IMG/VR virus record: IMGVR_UViG_3300009964_000024
DNA length: 35,441 bases
Strand: one strand, 5' to 3'
DNA from: a virus
In this document: positions 16,199-27,059 of the stretch, in pieces
Position numbering within the stretch: the stretch's first letter is position 1
Layout of the letters: each line of letters starts with the position of its first letter
The notes under the pieces: model-generated
The model's database searches: none
The model's input: the letters and a program-made list of their open reading frames with translations, nothing else
What the model was told of the DNA's origin: nothing
Position numbers and translations under genes: made by a program

Positions 16199-19100
16199 AT
16201 GGCAGACGGAAGAGTAACGATACAGGTATCAATGGACGGGCAGCAAGCCCGAAGCGAAACGCGCGGACTGAAAGCCTTGCTTGAAGGTCTAACGGGGTCA
16301 GTAGGCAAGACAGGCAGCATGTTCAAGGCAATGCTAGGCGCAAACATCATCGGCAACGCCTTGACAGGAGCGCTCGGCAGCATTAAGAACGGCGTATCAG
16401 AGATTGCAACGGAACTCACCAGCTCAACGAAAGCATGGAAGACCTTCGAGGGTAACTTGTCAATGCTTGGCAAGTCCGCGGAGGAAATCGGCCAAGTAAA
16501 AGCCAAGCTGCAGGACTACGCAACCCAGACCATTTACAGCGCGTCCGACATGGCGCAGACGTACAGCCAGCTAGCGGCCGTTGGTATCGAAAGTACCGAC
16601 CAGCTAGTAACAGGGTTCGGGGGCCTGGCAGCGGCAGCAGAAAACCCGCAACAGGCAATGAAGACACTAAGCCAGCAGGGCGTCCAAATGGCAGCCAAGC
16701 CCAAGGTCGCATGGCAGGACTTCAAGCTCATGCTAGAGCAGACGCCAGCAGGTATCGCAGCGGTAGCGCGTGAAATGGGAATGTCTACCGATGAAATGGT
16801 TCAGGCCGTTCAGGACGGGAAGATTGCCACAAACGATTTCTTTGACGCGATAAAGAAGGTCGGGAACTCGGCCGAGTTTACCAAATTAGCGACAGAATTT
16901 AAAACCGTTGATCAAGCGATTGACGGGGCCAAGGAAACGCTAACCAATAAGCTACTACCAGCCTTTGACGTGGTGAACAAGCACGGGATAAAGGCCGTTG
17001 TCGCCTTAACGAACGCACTCGACAGCGTAGACTTCGGGGCGCTGGCTAGCAACCTAGACAAAGCGCTGTCAAGTATCAACGTAGAGAAGATTGTTCAGGA
17101 CATACGGACAGCCTTCGGGACTATTTTCAACGACCTAAACGGCGCCAAACTGGCGGGAGCTATGGAAGCGGTGCGGGGTGCAATCGACGCAGTCGGGAAC
17201 GCCTTCGCTAGCGCTGGCGGAAAGACCGCATGGCTGAACACTATCAGCAACATTGTAGGCGCTGTAATCAACACATTCGCAGCAGGGGCAAACATTGTCA
17301 AGAACTTCGTCAACGCTTTCGCCCAGACGGGAGCGATGAAAGCAGCCAAGGCAGCCATAGACGGCCTTGTTTCGGCTTATAACAACATCGTGACGAGTAT
17401 AGGCAACTCGTCCGCATGGTCCGCACTTGGGACTATCATCGGCAACGTCGCGAATGTAATCGGCAACGTCGTTGCGGCGGTCGGGAACTTCATCGGCAGC
17501 CTTGACCCGTCAATCATTCAAGGCGTGGCTGCTGCTCTTGCTGGCCTTGTCGTAGGCTTCAAAGCCTTCAGCTTCTTGCAGTCGTTCAATCCGTTCGGGT
17601 TGTTCGGTAGAAACGCAGCCGAAGGAATGGGGCAGGCAGTGCAAGGCGTAGGACGGTCTAAGGGGATAATCTCCCAGCTCATGACAGGCCTAGCAAACAT
17701 CATCAAATCATCAGGAACAGCTATTAGTACAGCCGCAAAGGGTATCGGCCAAGGTATCAAGGCGGCCTTGTCTGGCGCGGCACCTGCAATCAGAGCGTTC
17801 GGCGCAGCTCTTAAAACAGCAGGTGTCGGGAATATCCTAGCGTTCGGCGGTGCGGTAGCTATCGCGGCCGTTGGTATCGGTGCTGGTGTCGCAATCATCG
17901 CGGCAGGGTTCGCATTGCTGGCAAGCCAGAGCGAAGGGATAAGCGCGATTATAAACGCAGTCGGCCAAGCCTTCGCAACGGTAGCAACCGCTATTATTGG
18001 GGCTTTTGCGCAGGCAATCGTCACAGTCGCGGGAGTTCTGCCAACGGTAACGCAGGCGCTTGCTGGTCTGGCTCCGTTAGTCGTAGCCTTCGGCCAAGCC
18101 TTCGCAGCGGCGGCTCCGTTCGTAACGGCACTAGGTCAAGCGATAACGTCGATTGCAGGAGCGCTTCCGCCAGTTATCAACGCAATCAGCCAAGGGGCGG
18201 CAACAATCATCGGGGCGCTTACGCCAATCGCGGAGATAGTCAGCAATACGTTTACATCTATCGCCCAAATCGTAGCAAACGCAATCGTCCAGATTGTGCA
18301 AGCACTCGCGCCGTTTATGCCCGCCGTTTCTGAAATGGTTCAAGCGCTGGCACCAGTATTGCAGTCTATCGTTGAAGCATTTACTACGCTAGTTAGTCAG
18401 ATAAGCCCAATTATCGACAGCATAGCCAATCTATTCAAGACGCTAGGCAATGCCATTAAGTCCGTATTGGACGGAGCAAAGGGCGTAATCGAAGGGTTCG
18501 GGAACTCTGTCAAGTCCATTCTTGACGGCGTGTCTGGCGTTATCAAATCAATCGGACAAGCAGCACTCAACGCAGGGAACGGCTTCAAAGCTCTTGCGCA
18601 GGGCGTTGTCATGATAACAAATACCAACCTTGGAGACATGGCGGCCAGTCTTGCAGCAGTAGCGACAGGCGTCGGCAAGATTGCAGGGTCAGCGGGAGGA
18701 ATGGCAAGCGCTGGCGCTGGTATGAAACAATTAGGCGCTGGCCTTGCTCTTATCCAAGCAAGCGGCACGTCCGCGTCTGCTGTTCTCGTCGTCCTGGCCG
18801 CTAAAATCCCGATGATAGGTTCATCGGTCAGCCAGCTAGCGCCAGCAATGACAACGGCAGCGTCAGGGTTCAGGTCGTTCGCTACAAGCGCCATGTCTTC
18901 GTTGTCTGGTCTAGTAGCCAGCACGGCCATTTTAACGCAGTTCTCGGCGCGTATAACGTCCCTAGCGTCGTCCTTCGCAGCAGTCACCGCAGGCGCGGCC
19001 ATGTTTGCGAACGGGTTCGCGATGATAAACTCGGTACTGTCTTCCGTAAACGGGCAATTTACAGCAACGACTTTATCTGTTACAATGTTAAGAGGGCAGA

Positions 19101-19972
19101 TTGCCACCGTACCGTCTGCATTTATGCAGGTAGGAGCAAGCGCCACGATGGCAACGGCTCAAATCCGGCAAATCGGCTCGTCTGCTCCTATCATCGGCGC
19201 TTCAATGCGTGCGGCAGCGTCCCAAGTAGTCGCGGCCATGGCACAAATGGTGCAAGCGGTCGTTTCTGGCGGTCAAAGAATGATTGCGGCAGGCCGACAA
19301 GCAGGAACCATGACAAGCCAAAACCTCGCTGCAGGTATTAGGGGCGGTGTCGGAGCTGTAACAGGCGCCATGGCGTCCCTTGTATCAGCCGCGGCGTCCA
19401 GAGCATACGCTGGCGCTGGCTCAATGCGTGGCGCTGGTTATCAAATCGGCGCAGGGCTGGCGCAGGGTATGTATGCAGCCCTTGGAGCTGTCACGGCAGC
19501 GGCTAACGCCCTTGTCGCGCAGGCAGAGAGAGCAGCGCAGGCCAAGGCCAAAATTCACTCGCCGTCCCGCTTGTTCCGCGATGAAGTCGGTCGCTATATC
19601 CCGCAAGGGGTTGCCGTCGGTATCGAAAAGAACACGGACTACGTCGAGGAAGCGTCGGCCGCTATGTTCGACAAGGTGAGCAAGCTCAAAGCCAGAGCCG
19701 AGGACTTCATCGGCATAGGCAAGAGCAGCCTAGCTTCTACGGTGCGGGCAGAGACAGCCAGCCGCCAGACAGTCCAGCAGCAAGTCGAAGTCATTCGCAA
19801 ACGGACAACGGACGCGATAGACAAAGCGCTTGAAGTCGCAAGACGAGCGGTCGAAAGACCCGTCCAGATTGACATCGACAGCCGCAAGGTCGCAGAGACT
19901 ACGGGTCCAGAGCTTACCCGCTGGCAGTCGAAAGAAACCAAGCTAAGAGATAGAGGGAGAGGTATAGTATGA
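16199..19972 (+). CDS. Tape measure protein (1257 aa)
   Basis: The longest ORF, with Ala/Gly/Ile-rich repetitive helical and TM-like segments, in the canonical position. Confidence 0.9.
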   Translation: MADGRVTIQVSMDGQQARSETRGLKALLEGLTGSVGKTGSMFKAMLGANIIGNALTGALGSIKNGVSEIATELTSSTKAWKTFEGNLSMLGKSAEEIGQVKAKLQDYATQTIYSASDMAQTYSQLAAVGIESTDQLVTGFGGLAAAAENPQQAMKTLSQQGVQMAAKPKVAWQDFKLMLEQTPAGIAAVAREMGMSTDEMVQAVQDGKIATNDFFDAIKKVGNSAEFTKLATEFKTVDQAIDGAKETLTNKLLPAFDVVNKHGIKAVVALTNALDSVDFGALASNLDKALSSINVEKIVQDIRTAFGTIFNDLNGAKLAGAMEAVRGAIDAVGNAFASAGGKTAWLNTISNIVGAVINTFAAGANIVKNFVNAFAQTGAMKAAKAAIDGLVSAYNNIVTSIGNSSAWSALGTIIGNVANVIGNVVAAVGNFIGSLDPSIIQGVAAALAGLVVGFKAFSFLQSFNPFGLFGRNAAEGMGQAVQGVGRSKGIISQLMTGLANIIKSSGTAISTAAKGIGQGIKAALSGAAPAIRAFGAALKTAGVGNILAFGGAVAIAAVGIGAGVAIIAAGFALLASQSEGISAIINAVGQAFATVATAIIGAFAQAIVTVAGVLPTVTQALAGLAPLVVAFGQAFAAAAPFVTALGQAITSIAGALPPVINAISQGAATIIGALTPIAEIVSNTFTSIAQIVANAIVQIVQALAPFMPAVSEMVQALAPVLQSIVEAFTTLVSQISPIIDSIANLFKTLGNAIKSVLDGAKGVIEGFGNSVKSILDGVSGVIKSIGQAALNAGNGFKALAQGVVMITNTNLGDMAASLAAVATGVGKIAGSAGGMASAGAGMKQLGAGLALIQASGTSASAVLVVLAAKIPMIGSSVSQLAPAMTTAASGFRSFATSAMSSLSGLVASTAILTQFSARITSLASSFAAVTAGAAMFANGFAMINSVLSSVNGQFTATTLSVTMLRGQIATVPSAFMQVGASATMATAQIRQIGSSAPIIGASMRAAASQVVAAMAQMVQAVVSGGQRMIAAGRQAGTMTSQNLAAGIRGGVGAVTGAMASLVSAAASRAYAGAGSMRGAGYQIGAGLAQGMYAALGAVTAAANALVAQAERAAQAKAKIHSPSRLFRDEVGRYIPQGVAVGIEKNTDYVEEASAAMFDKVSKLKARAEDFIGIGKSSLASTVRAETASRQTVQQQVEVIRKRTTDAIDKALEVARRAVERPVQIDIDSRKVAETTGPELTRWQSKETKLRDRGRGIV

Positions 19973-21471
19973 CAAAGCAAGAAGTCACAATGACTTTTAA
20001 CGGCGTCAACCTCAGGAAATACTTTCGCATTACTGACGTACGGCGTCCCGTGTTATCCGAACGCGAGATAACCACGAACGACGCCCCGTCGGTGGGCGTG
20101 AATATCCAGAGAGTAAAGCGCAAAGCAAAGACAATCGAGGTAGAGTTCCGCATGCTCACCGACGACGGCCAGAGCATGGAGTTATTAAAGCACGAACTCA
20201 GCGGCGTTCTAAACGTCGTCGAAGCTGTTCGGGTGACGTTCTCGGACGAACCCGAAAAGTATTACATGGCAATACCTCCTAAGAATATCGAACCCGACAC
20301 GGTCGCTTCATGGCTGCAAAAAGGCACCCTGACGCTGCTAGTACCTGACGGGGTCGCTCATTCGACAACGTACAAGAAAATCACGGAAGCCGAGAACAAA
20401 GGCGACCGCTTGGTCTTTAAGATTGAGAATAACGGCAATCACCCCGCTAAGCCAATCATCAGGGTTAAGCACAAGGCCGAAAACGGCTATCTAGGCTTCG
20501 TAAACTCTACAGGCGCTCTAGAGATAGGAAATCCCGAAGAAGCCGACACGGAGGAATACAAGCGGTCAGAGCTGCTGCTAGACTATCGGGACAACCTCAT
20601 TCTTAACGGCTTCACCGCGGCGGTCAAGAACAGGGCAATCCTAAACGATACATCGCAGACGCTAGACGGGACGGTTATCAATACAGATAACGCGTGGGGA
20701 CGTCCTCACTTGTCCCTTGGAGCGCGTGGCGGCACATCAGGACAGCACGCAGGGACGTTGACTTGGGACATACCAAGAGGGAGCGACGGAGTGGCTGGCT
20801 CGCTGCATGATTATATCTGGTGGCGTCAAATCTTTTGGCTTGGTGCCACTTCCGAGTTTGGTTTCTTAAAGGTCATGGTGAGCGACACAGAAGGCCGCTT
20901 CTTGTACGGCGTAGAAACCTACAAGCGGGCTAATGGTCTATGGTGCGAGTTCAACATTCTTGGAGCGAACGGGCGGGGCGGCTACGATATACTAAGACGT
21001 TTCAACTTCCTTGGTACGCACAACATGGACCAGAACCCCTTCAACGAGCCGCGGGGCTGGTCTGACATGCGCAGAGTCGACGACACAATCACGTTTTACT
21101 GGTTCGGGTCTTATATCCCTATCACGATACCGCAAATCAAAGGCCGCAAGTCGGCAAAGATACACGTCGCCTTTGGCTCTATCGGCGACCGTCCTATCGT
21201 GCGGCACATGTACCTGGACGGGCTAATGTACCGAAAGGACAACGTATCGGCTATCCGTGACGTTCCGAACTCTTTCCAGCCTAATAGTACGGTGGAAATC
21301 AACACGGAAACGGATAGCGCGCTGGTGAATGGCTTATCAGCTTCGCAGCGTATTATCCACGGCTCGCAATGGCTGACATTGCCGCCTAAGTCCTCGACGC
21401 TGGAAGTCTTCACGTCTAGCTGGTGCAAGACCAAACCCGAGGTAACTATATCATTCGAGGAGCTATTCTGA
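19969..21471 (+). CDS. Distal tail protein (Dit), extended form (500 aa)
   Basis: Lies directly after the TMP (ATGA overlap). The N-terminus MTFNGVNLRKYFRITDVRRPVL is Sipho_tail-like. About 250 aa longer than a minimal Dit. Confidence 0.75.
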   Translation: MTKQEVTMTFNGVNLRKYFRITDVRRPVLSEREITTNDAPSVGVNIQRVKRKAKTIEVEFRMLTDDGQSMELLKHELSGVLNVVEAVRVTFSDEPEKYYMAIPPKNIEPDTVASWLQKGTLTLLVPDGVAHSTTYKKITEAENKGDRLVFKIENNGNHPAKPIIRVKHKAENGYLGFVNSTGALEIGNPEEADTEEYKRSELLLDYRDNLILNGFTAAVKNRAILNDTSQTLDGTVINTDNAWGRPHLSLGARGGTSGQHAGTLTWDIPRGSDGVAGSLHDYIWWRQIFWLGATSEFGFLKVMVSDTEGRFLYGVETYKRANGLWCEFNILGANGRGGYDILRRFNFLGTHNMDQNPFNEPRGWSDMRRVDDTITFYWFGSYIPITIPQIKGRKSAKIHVAFGSIGDRPIVRHMYLDGLMYRKDNVSAIRDVPNSFQPNSTVEINTETDSALVNGLSASQRIIHGSQWLTLPPKSSTLEVFTSSWCKTKPEVTISFEELF

Positions 21472-21472
21472 T

Positions 21473-24400
21473 ATGCTTTTAACAATACACGATGCAGACA
21501 TGCACCAAGTCGCATGGATAGACAACGAGAAGCAAGAGACGCTGAACTACTACGACGATACTTGGACGCGCTACCTTGACACGGGAGCGTCTACCTTCGA
21601 GTTTACCGTCCAAAAGAAGGCAATTAAAAGCGACGTCGGGAACAAGGCGGCTTATAGCTACCTGAACGAGCGCGCTTTTATATCGTTCATCTACAAGGGG
21701 GAGTCCTTTGTCTTCAACGTCCTAGAGATAGAAGAAGACGAACATACTATCCACGTCATATCCGAAAATCTCAACTTAGAACTCATCAACGAGAAGGCGA
21801 ACGCATACAAGGCGCCAAGAGCTATGACGTTGCTGGAATACCTCAAAGCAATGGAATTGATTGGCTTTGCATACTTGAAAGTAGGTATCAACGAGCTAGA
21901 AGGTCAGACGCGCTCGCTGGAATGGGAGGGACGGGAGACAAAACTTGCCCGTCTCATTTCCCTAGCTAACCGCTTCGAAGGAGAGCTGGACTTTGAAACT
22001 CGCCTAAACAAAGACGGGACAATCAAGGATTTCATCGTCAACTTTTACAAAGCCAACGACGGCGGCCAAAACCAAGGCGTCGGAAAGGTTCGCGGCGACT
22101 TAATTCTGGACTACGGCCACAATCTCGACAAGTTGACGCGGCACATCGACAAGCGAGAAATCGCTAACGTCGTAATGCCCGTTGGCCGCGACGGCCTGAC
22201 AATCGACGGCATGGGCGAGCTAAAGCAATACAACGCAGCTGGCGAGCTAGAGTTCTACCAGTTCGGGTCTATGCTCTATGCTCCGCTATCAGCGCAGCGC
22301 TACCCGTCTACCTTCACAGGTCGGGAAACATCTGATAGGTGGATAAGAAGCGACATGGACGTCGATACGGACAACAAGGACGTACTACGAGCAACAGGCT
22401 TGCGGCACTTGAAAAAGGTTGCCTACCCTGCTATCACTTACAAGCTGAAAGGCTTCATCGACGCGGACATCGGGGACACTATCACGGTCAGAGATAGCGG
22501 CTTCAAGCCGTTGCTGCTCATGACAGCGCGCGTGTCCGTCCAGAAAATCAGCTTTACCGACAAGACCAAGAACGAGACGGAGTTCGACAACTTCAAGGCA
22601 CTTGAAAACCGTTTGACGGACGGCATACAGCAGGCGCTAGACCGAGCAATCGAGAACGCGAAGACGTACAGCATTAAGCTAGAAACGTCTAACGGCGTCA
22701 TGTTTAAGGACGGGGCAGGCGAAAGCATAGTCACGCCTACGCTGTACCGAGGGGCTAGACCAATCAGCCAAAACGTAAGCTGGAGCTGGTTCGTTGGCGG
22801 CGTCTACAAGGCCACAGGGTCAACTTATAAGGTCGAAGGCAAGAAGGTAGGCGACAAGCTAGTCCTGAAAGCTGCTGCCATCATCGGCGGCCAGACCATA
22901 GCGACGGAAGACCTGACCTTTGTCAACGTGACGAACGGGGAAGGCGTCGGCATTGCTTCAACGGTTATCCACTACGCCCGAGGTGAAAGCGGGACGGAAA
23001 TACCGACGAGCGGCTGGATTGCCAACGTTCCCGTCGTAGAAGACGGCCGCTATCTATGGACCCGTACGACATGGAACTACACCAACGGAACCAGCAAACA
23101 AGGTTACAGCGCGGCCAAAATGGGAGAACGAGGGGCTAAAGGCGACCAAGGGAACGGCGTTGTCTCGGTCGCTAACTACTATCTGGCTACCAGCGCAGAC
23201 AAGGACGTCACCTATTCGACTACGGGCTGGACGACAGCAGTCCAGCAGATAAGCCAGAATGTTCCCTACTTGTGGCATTACAGGCAGGAGACATTCAGCA
23301 ACGGCAGCAGCAACCGCACGCAGCCCGCTATCATCGGGACGCACGGAAAGAACGGGACGCCGCTTTATACTTGGATAAAGTACGCGGATAGCCCGACGTC
23401 TGGCATGAGTGACACGCCAGCGGGTAAGCAGTACATCGGTATAGCCTACAATAAGCAGACAGCCACGGAAAGCGTCAACTACGCGGACTACTCGTGGTCG
23501 CTGATTAGAGGGGCGGACGGTGTCGAAGGTCCTAAAGGGGCAGACGGCCAAACGCTTTATACTTGGATAAAGTACGCAGATAACGCCTTGGGTGCTGGTA
23601 TGAGCGACACACCAACAGGCAAGCGGTATCTTGGTCTTGCGGTCAATCGCTCGACGGCCAGCAGGTCAAACAACCCGAGAGACTACGAGTGGTCGCCGCT
23701 GTTTGAAAATGTCAAGGTAGGTGGCCGCAACCTCTTGCGGAACTCACAGGGTCCATTCATTCCAGACAGCAAGCCTGAAAACTTCGACAACTTCGAGGTC
23801 TACGGCAGGACGTCGATACACTTGATAAACGGCGAGAAATACCTTATCAGCGCCAAGACTAACGGCAAGTTTTCAGACGTCCACAGCGGCGCAGCAGAAA
23901 GCGACAACGTGGTCTTGTGGTTTACTGACAAGGTAGCGAACATCGCGGCAGTCTCTAGCCCAGAAACGGGGACGGTCGGCACCTTCTTTACCTGGGACAA
24001 ACCAACGGGCGACTACTACTTGCGGGTTAATACATACCACAAGCAGCCAACTATCAAGGTTTGGGACGTCAAAGTCGAGCAGGGAACCGTCAAGACAGAT
24101 TACACGATAGCACCCGAAGACCTGCAGGAGCTATTCGACGCGAAAGCAGACCAGAACTTGACGCAGCAGCAGCTCGAAGCGCTGGCGGAAAGAACCCGAA
24201 TGGCAGAGACGGAAGCCAAGGCGGCCGAAGTTGCTTCGGCGCTGCAAGAGTGGGTCAAACGATTTAACGAATACATGGCAGAAGACACCAAGGGCAGGGA
24301 CGAAAGCGAGAAAAAGCTAATCGACGTTGCCCGACGGGTCGAAGCCATAACGAACGACTTCGGGGAGCTATCCGAGCGCTGGAACTTCATAGATACCTAC

Positions 24401-24634
24401 ATGAAGGCCGCGGAGGAAGGGCTGGTTATCGGGAAGAAAGACGGTACAAGCTCAATCAGGATAAGCGACCAGCGCATCAGTATGTATTCAGGAAATACGG
24501 AAGTAATGTATATCAGCCGCGGGGTCTTGCATATAGACAACGGGGTTTTCACTAAGACGCTTCAAGTCGGGCGCTTCGTCATGAGCCAGCACGAAGTAAA
24601 CGCAGACATGAACGTCGTCCGATATGTCGGATAA
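21473..24634 (+). CDS. Tail-associated protein (Tal) / host-specificity protein (1053 aa)
   Basis: Follows Dit. Prophage_tail-like N-terminus. Internal collagen-like GXY runs and a duplicated LYTWIKYAD module. Confidence 0.8.
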   Translation: MLLTIHDADMHQVAWIDNEKQETLNYYDDTWTRYLDTGASTFEFTVQKKAIKSDVGNKAAYSYLNERAFISFIYKGESFVFNVLEIEEDEHTIHVISENLNLELINEKANAYKAPRAMTLLEYLKAMELIGFAYLKVGINELEGQTRSLEWEGRETKLARLISLANRFEGELDFETRLNKDGTIKDFIVNFYKANDGGQNQGVGKVRGDLILDYGHNLDKLTRHIDKREIANVVMPVGRDGLTIDGMGELKQYNAAGELEFYQFGSMLYAPLSAQRYPSTFTGRETSDRWIRSDMDVDTDNKDVLRATGLRHLKKVAYPAITYKLKGFIDADIGDTITVRDSGFKPLLLMTARVSVQKISFTDKTKNETEFDNFKALENRLTDGIQQALDRAIENAKTYSIKLETSNGVMFKDGAGESIVTPTLYRGARPISQNVSWSWFVGGVYKATGSTYKVEGKKVGDKLVLKAAAIIGGQTIATEDLTFVNVTNGEGVGIASTVIHYARGESGTEIPTSGWIANVPVVEDGRYLWTRTTWNYTNGTSKQGYSAAKMGERGAKGDQGNGVVSVANYYLATSADKDVTYSTTGWTTAVQQISQNVPYLWHYRQETFSNGSSNRTQPAIIGTHGKNGTPLYTWIKYADSPTSGMSDTPAGKQYIGIAYNKQTATESVNYADYSWSLIRGADGVEGPKGADGQTLYTWIKYADNALGAGMSDTPTGKRYLGLAVNRSTASRSNNPRDYEWSPLFENVKVGGRNLLRNSQGPFIPDSKPENFDNFEVYGRTSIHLINGEKYLISAKTNGKFSDVHSGAAESDNVVLWFTDKVANIAAVSSPETGTVGTFFTWDKPTGDYYLRVNTYHKQPTIKVWDVKVEQGTVKTDYTIAPEDLQELFDAKADQNLTQQQLEALAERTRMAETEAKAAEVASALQEWVKRFNEYMAEDTKGRDESEKKLIDVARRVEAITNDFGELSERWNFIDTYMKAAEEGLVIGKKDGTSSIRISDQRISMYSGNTEVMYISRGVLHIDNGVFTKTLQVGRFVMSQHEVNADMNVVRYVG

Positions 24635-24653
24635 TTAAGAAAGGGGTCAATAA

Positions 24654-26654
24654 ATGACAGAATATTTTAGCGGACAAGACGGGCAAGGGTACACCCTCAA
24701 AGCAATCGTTGAGCAAGTAGGCCAGAACAAAGCCGAGAACTATTCAGACGTACGCGTCCGACTGTTCCTGCTCAATCGCTGGGTCACGTTCTCAGATTAC
24801 AACGTGACAGCTTCGGTCACTATCGAAGGGCAGCGCGTATCATTCAAGGGACGCCCAGCCGTGCTAAACTACAACAGCGAAACGAAGCTGGAAGGCTTCG
24901 AGACAACAGCGAGGGTCTACCACAACGGAGACGGAAGCAAGACAGCCACAATCTCCGCAGACCTTACAGGAAGCGGCGGCTATTCTCCGTCTTATCTATC
25001 CATTTCAGAGCGTAAGTTTGAGCTTACACGGATAGCCAGAGCGTCCAGCGTTTCCGTTTCAGGGACAGCGGTCGTCGGCCGTGATTTTGTTATCTCAATC
25101 AATCGCGCTTCTTCATCGTACACGCACAAGCTCCGCTACGTCTTCGGCTCCGAAGCGAAAGACATCGCGACAGGCGTCGGGACTTCTCACACTTGGACGG
25201 TTCCGTCTTCGCTGCTCGCTCAAATCCCGAACTCAAACAGCGGCCGCGGCACAATCTATTGTGAGACGTACAGCGGCAGCACGTCGATAGGCGAAACGGC
25301 GGTCGCGTTCACGGTAGAGGTCGCAGAAGGCGGGGCACGTCCTACGCTGGCAGATATCACATTGACAGAGGGGAATAGGTTCGTCGCTGAAAAATTGACA
25401 GGAGCAAACTACCTCCAAACAATCAGCGATATTGCCGTATCTTTCGAGGGAGCAAAAGGCGTTGACGGTTCAACGATTACTGGTTACTATGCAGAAATCG
25501 TTGACAGAAACCAATCTACAAACCAGAACGGCGGCCGTTTAGGTCCTATGAGCTTCACAGGTTCGGCTACTATCCGCGCGAAAGTCATTGATAGCCGCGG
25601 ACGTTCCAGCGAATACATCGAGAAGACTATCAACGTCATCGAGTATTTCACGCCCGTATTGACATTTACGGTCCAACGGGTCGGCAAAGACGGCTCAACG
25701 CTGCTAGTTACACGGACAGCGAAAATCGCACCTGTAATGGTCGACGGCGTCCAGAAAAACGAAATGCACTTTTACTTCGCTACTCGAGACATCACGAACG
25801 ACGGACCAATCAAGCGAGACGTCGGACCTATAAACGTTGTCCCTAGCGATGTCAACAGTCTTGTAAATTCTTCAGTATCACTCTTTGGGAATTTTCCAAT
25901 AACGAACTCTTACGAAGTTATCGGACAAGTATCCGATATGTTTAAATTTCCTGCAGAGGTGGTTGTCACGGTACCCGTCGAAAAAGTTATCTTTGCATAC
26001 GACAAAGATAGCCGCTTTGGTATCGGCAAGACGCCAGAACGTGGCATGCTGGACGTAGCGGGCGACATCTACGCCAACGGTAAGATTATCCAGCAGCACG
26101 CTATCACGCAAGGAAACGGGCGCGCAATCTACACATACGGCAAAGACTTCGACGAGGAAAAGACAACGGGCGTCTACTTCAAGAACGGGAAGGAACCGAA
26201 CAATCCAGCCAAGCAGTACGGCTTCCTTTTGGTGCTCAATTCTAACAATGAATGTTTCCAGCTGTTCTTTCCAACGATTGCAACAGCGGAACCGTCCAAG
26301 CGCATTTTCTATGGTGGCAAGTGGACGCCGTGGAGTTCTAACGCTCGACTGGACCACGTCAACCTAATCAACACAGGCTGGCAGCCAGCGGGCTATCCTA
26401 AGAGCTTCTATAAGCGTTGCGGCGACGTGCTAGCTATTCGTTTCGACTTCGTCGGCAATGGATCAAGTATTGAGATTGCCAGCTTGCCGACAAATATCTT
26501 GCGAGCTGTTCAGGAATACATGGTGACAGTCCCTAAGTGGTCCGTAGAAGCTAACGGAACGAACGTACAAATCAACCTAAACGGAAACAAGCTCGTAGCT
26601 TTGAACACTCAATCAGGCGCACGGCATAGCGGCCAAATCGTCATTATGTTGTAA
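24654..26654 (+). CDS. Putative receptor-binding / baseplate protein (DUF859-like N-terminus, 666 aa)
   Basis: Last large structural ORF before the lysis cassette. The N-terminal region resembles siphovirus DUF859 proteins as I recall them. Confidence 0.6.
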   Translation: MTEYFSGQDGQGYTLKAIVEQVGQNKAENYSDVRVRLFLLNRWVTFSDYNVTASVTIEGQRVSFKGRPAVLNYNSETKLEGFETTARVYHNGDGSKTATISADLTGSGGYSPSYLSISERKFELTRIARASSVSVSGTAVVGRDFVISINRASSSYTHKLRYVFGSEAKDIATGVGTSHTWTVPSSLLAQIPNSNSGRGTIYCETYSGSTSIGETAVAFTVEVAEGGARPTLADITLTEGNRFVAEKLTGANYLQTISDIAVSFEGAKGVDGSTITGYYAEIVDRNQSTNQNGGRLGPMSFTGSATIRAKVIDSRGRSSEYIEKTINVIEYFTPVLTFTVQRVGKDGSTLLVTRTAKIAPVMVDGVQKNEMHFYFATRDITNDGPIKRDVGPINVVPSDVNSLVNSSVSLFGNFPITNSYEVIGQVSDMFKFPAEVVVTVPVEKVIFAYDKDSRFGIGKTPERGMLDVAGDIYANGKIIQQHAITQGNGRAIYTYGKDFDEEKTTGVYFKNGKEPNNPAKQYGFLLVLNSNNECFQLFFPTIATAEPSKRIFYGGKWTPWSSNARLDHVNLINTGWQPAGYPKSFYKRCGDVLAIRFDFVGNGSSIEIASLPTNILRAVQEYMVTVPKWSVEANGTNVQINLNGNKLVALNTQSGARHSGQIVIML

Positions 26655-26655
26655 C

Positions 26656-26684
26656 TTTACAATCACGCGCTACCGTGCTATACT
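26656..26684 (+). promoter_or_regulatory. Promoter ahead of the lysis cassette
   Basis: TTTACA, 17-nt spacer, TATACT, with a TGn extended -10 (TGCTATACT). Confidence 0.5.
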
Positions 26685-26711
26685 TTAAACATCAAGAAAA
26701 GGAGGGCAAAC

Positions 26712-26981
26712 ATGCTCAACATCGAACGCACACGTCAGACCGTCGCTTCCTTCTACGTTGAGGAAGACGGCCAGAAACACCTTGTAAAGACTACAATTGT
26801 CAACACAGACGGAAACGCAGTCAGCACAGCCAGCGAGAACATCATCGACGCCGAGCGCTACGCAGCAAACCGCCGCGACATGCGTAAGGACGAACTGGCG
26901 CTGCAGAACGCTATCTACGACATCGAGGACGCCGTCCTGAATGAAATCGAAGCAGCGAAAGCAGCGCAGACACAAGCATAA
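26712..26981 (+). CDS. Hypothetical protein (89 aa)
   Basis: RBS AAGGAGGG. Confidence 0.7.
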   Translation: MLNIERTRQTVASFYVEEDGQKHLVKTTIVNTDGNAVSTASENIIDAERYAANRRDMRKDELALQNAIYDIEDAVLNEIEAAKAAQTQA

Positions 26982-27059
26982 ACAAGGACTTTGCAAAATA
27001 CCCTGCCTATGGTGGGGTATTATTGTTTTGTCAAACAAAACGAAATGGGAGAGTAAGAC

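Noticed and set aside
26996-27041. Hairpins AATACCC/GGGTATT and GTTTTG/CAAAAC between 26981 and 27060, considered as a possible terminator
   Set aside because: They have an 11-nt loop or AT-only stems and an interrupted U tract, which makes the call marginal. Terminating here would also cut off the lysis genes from the promoter at 26656.
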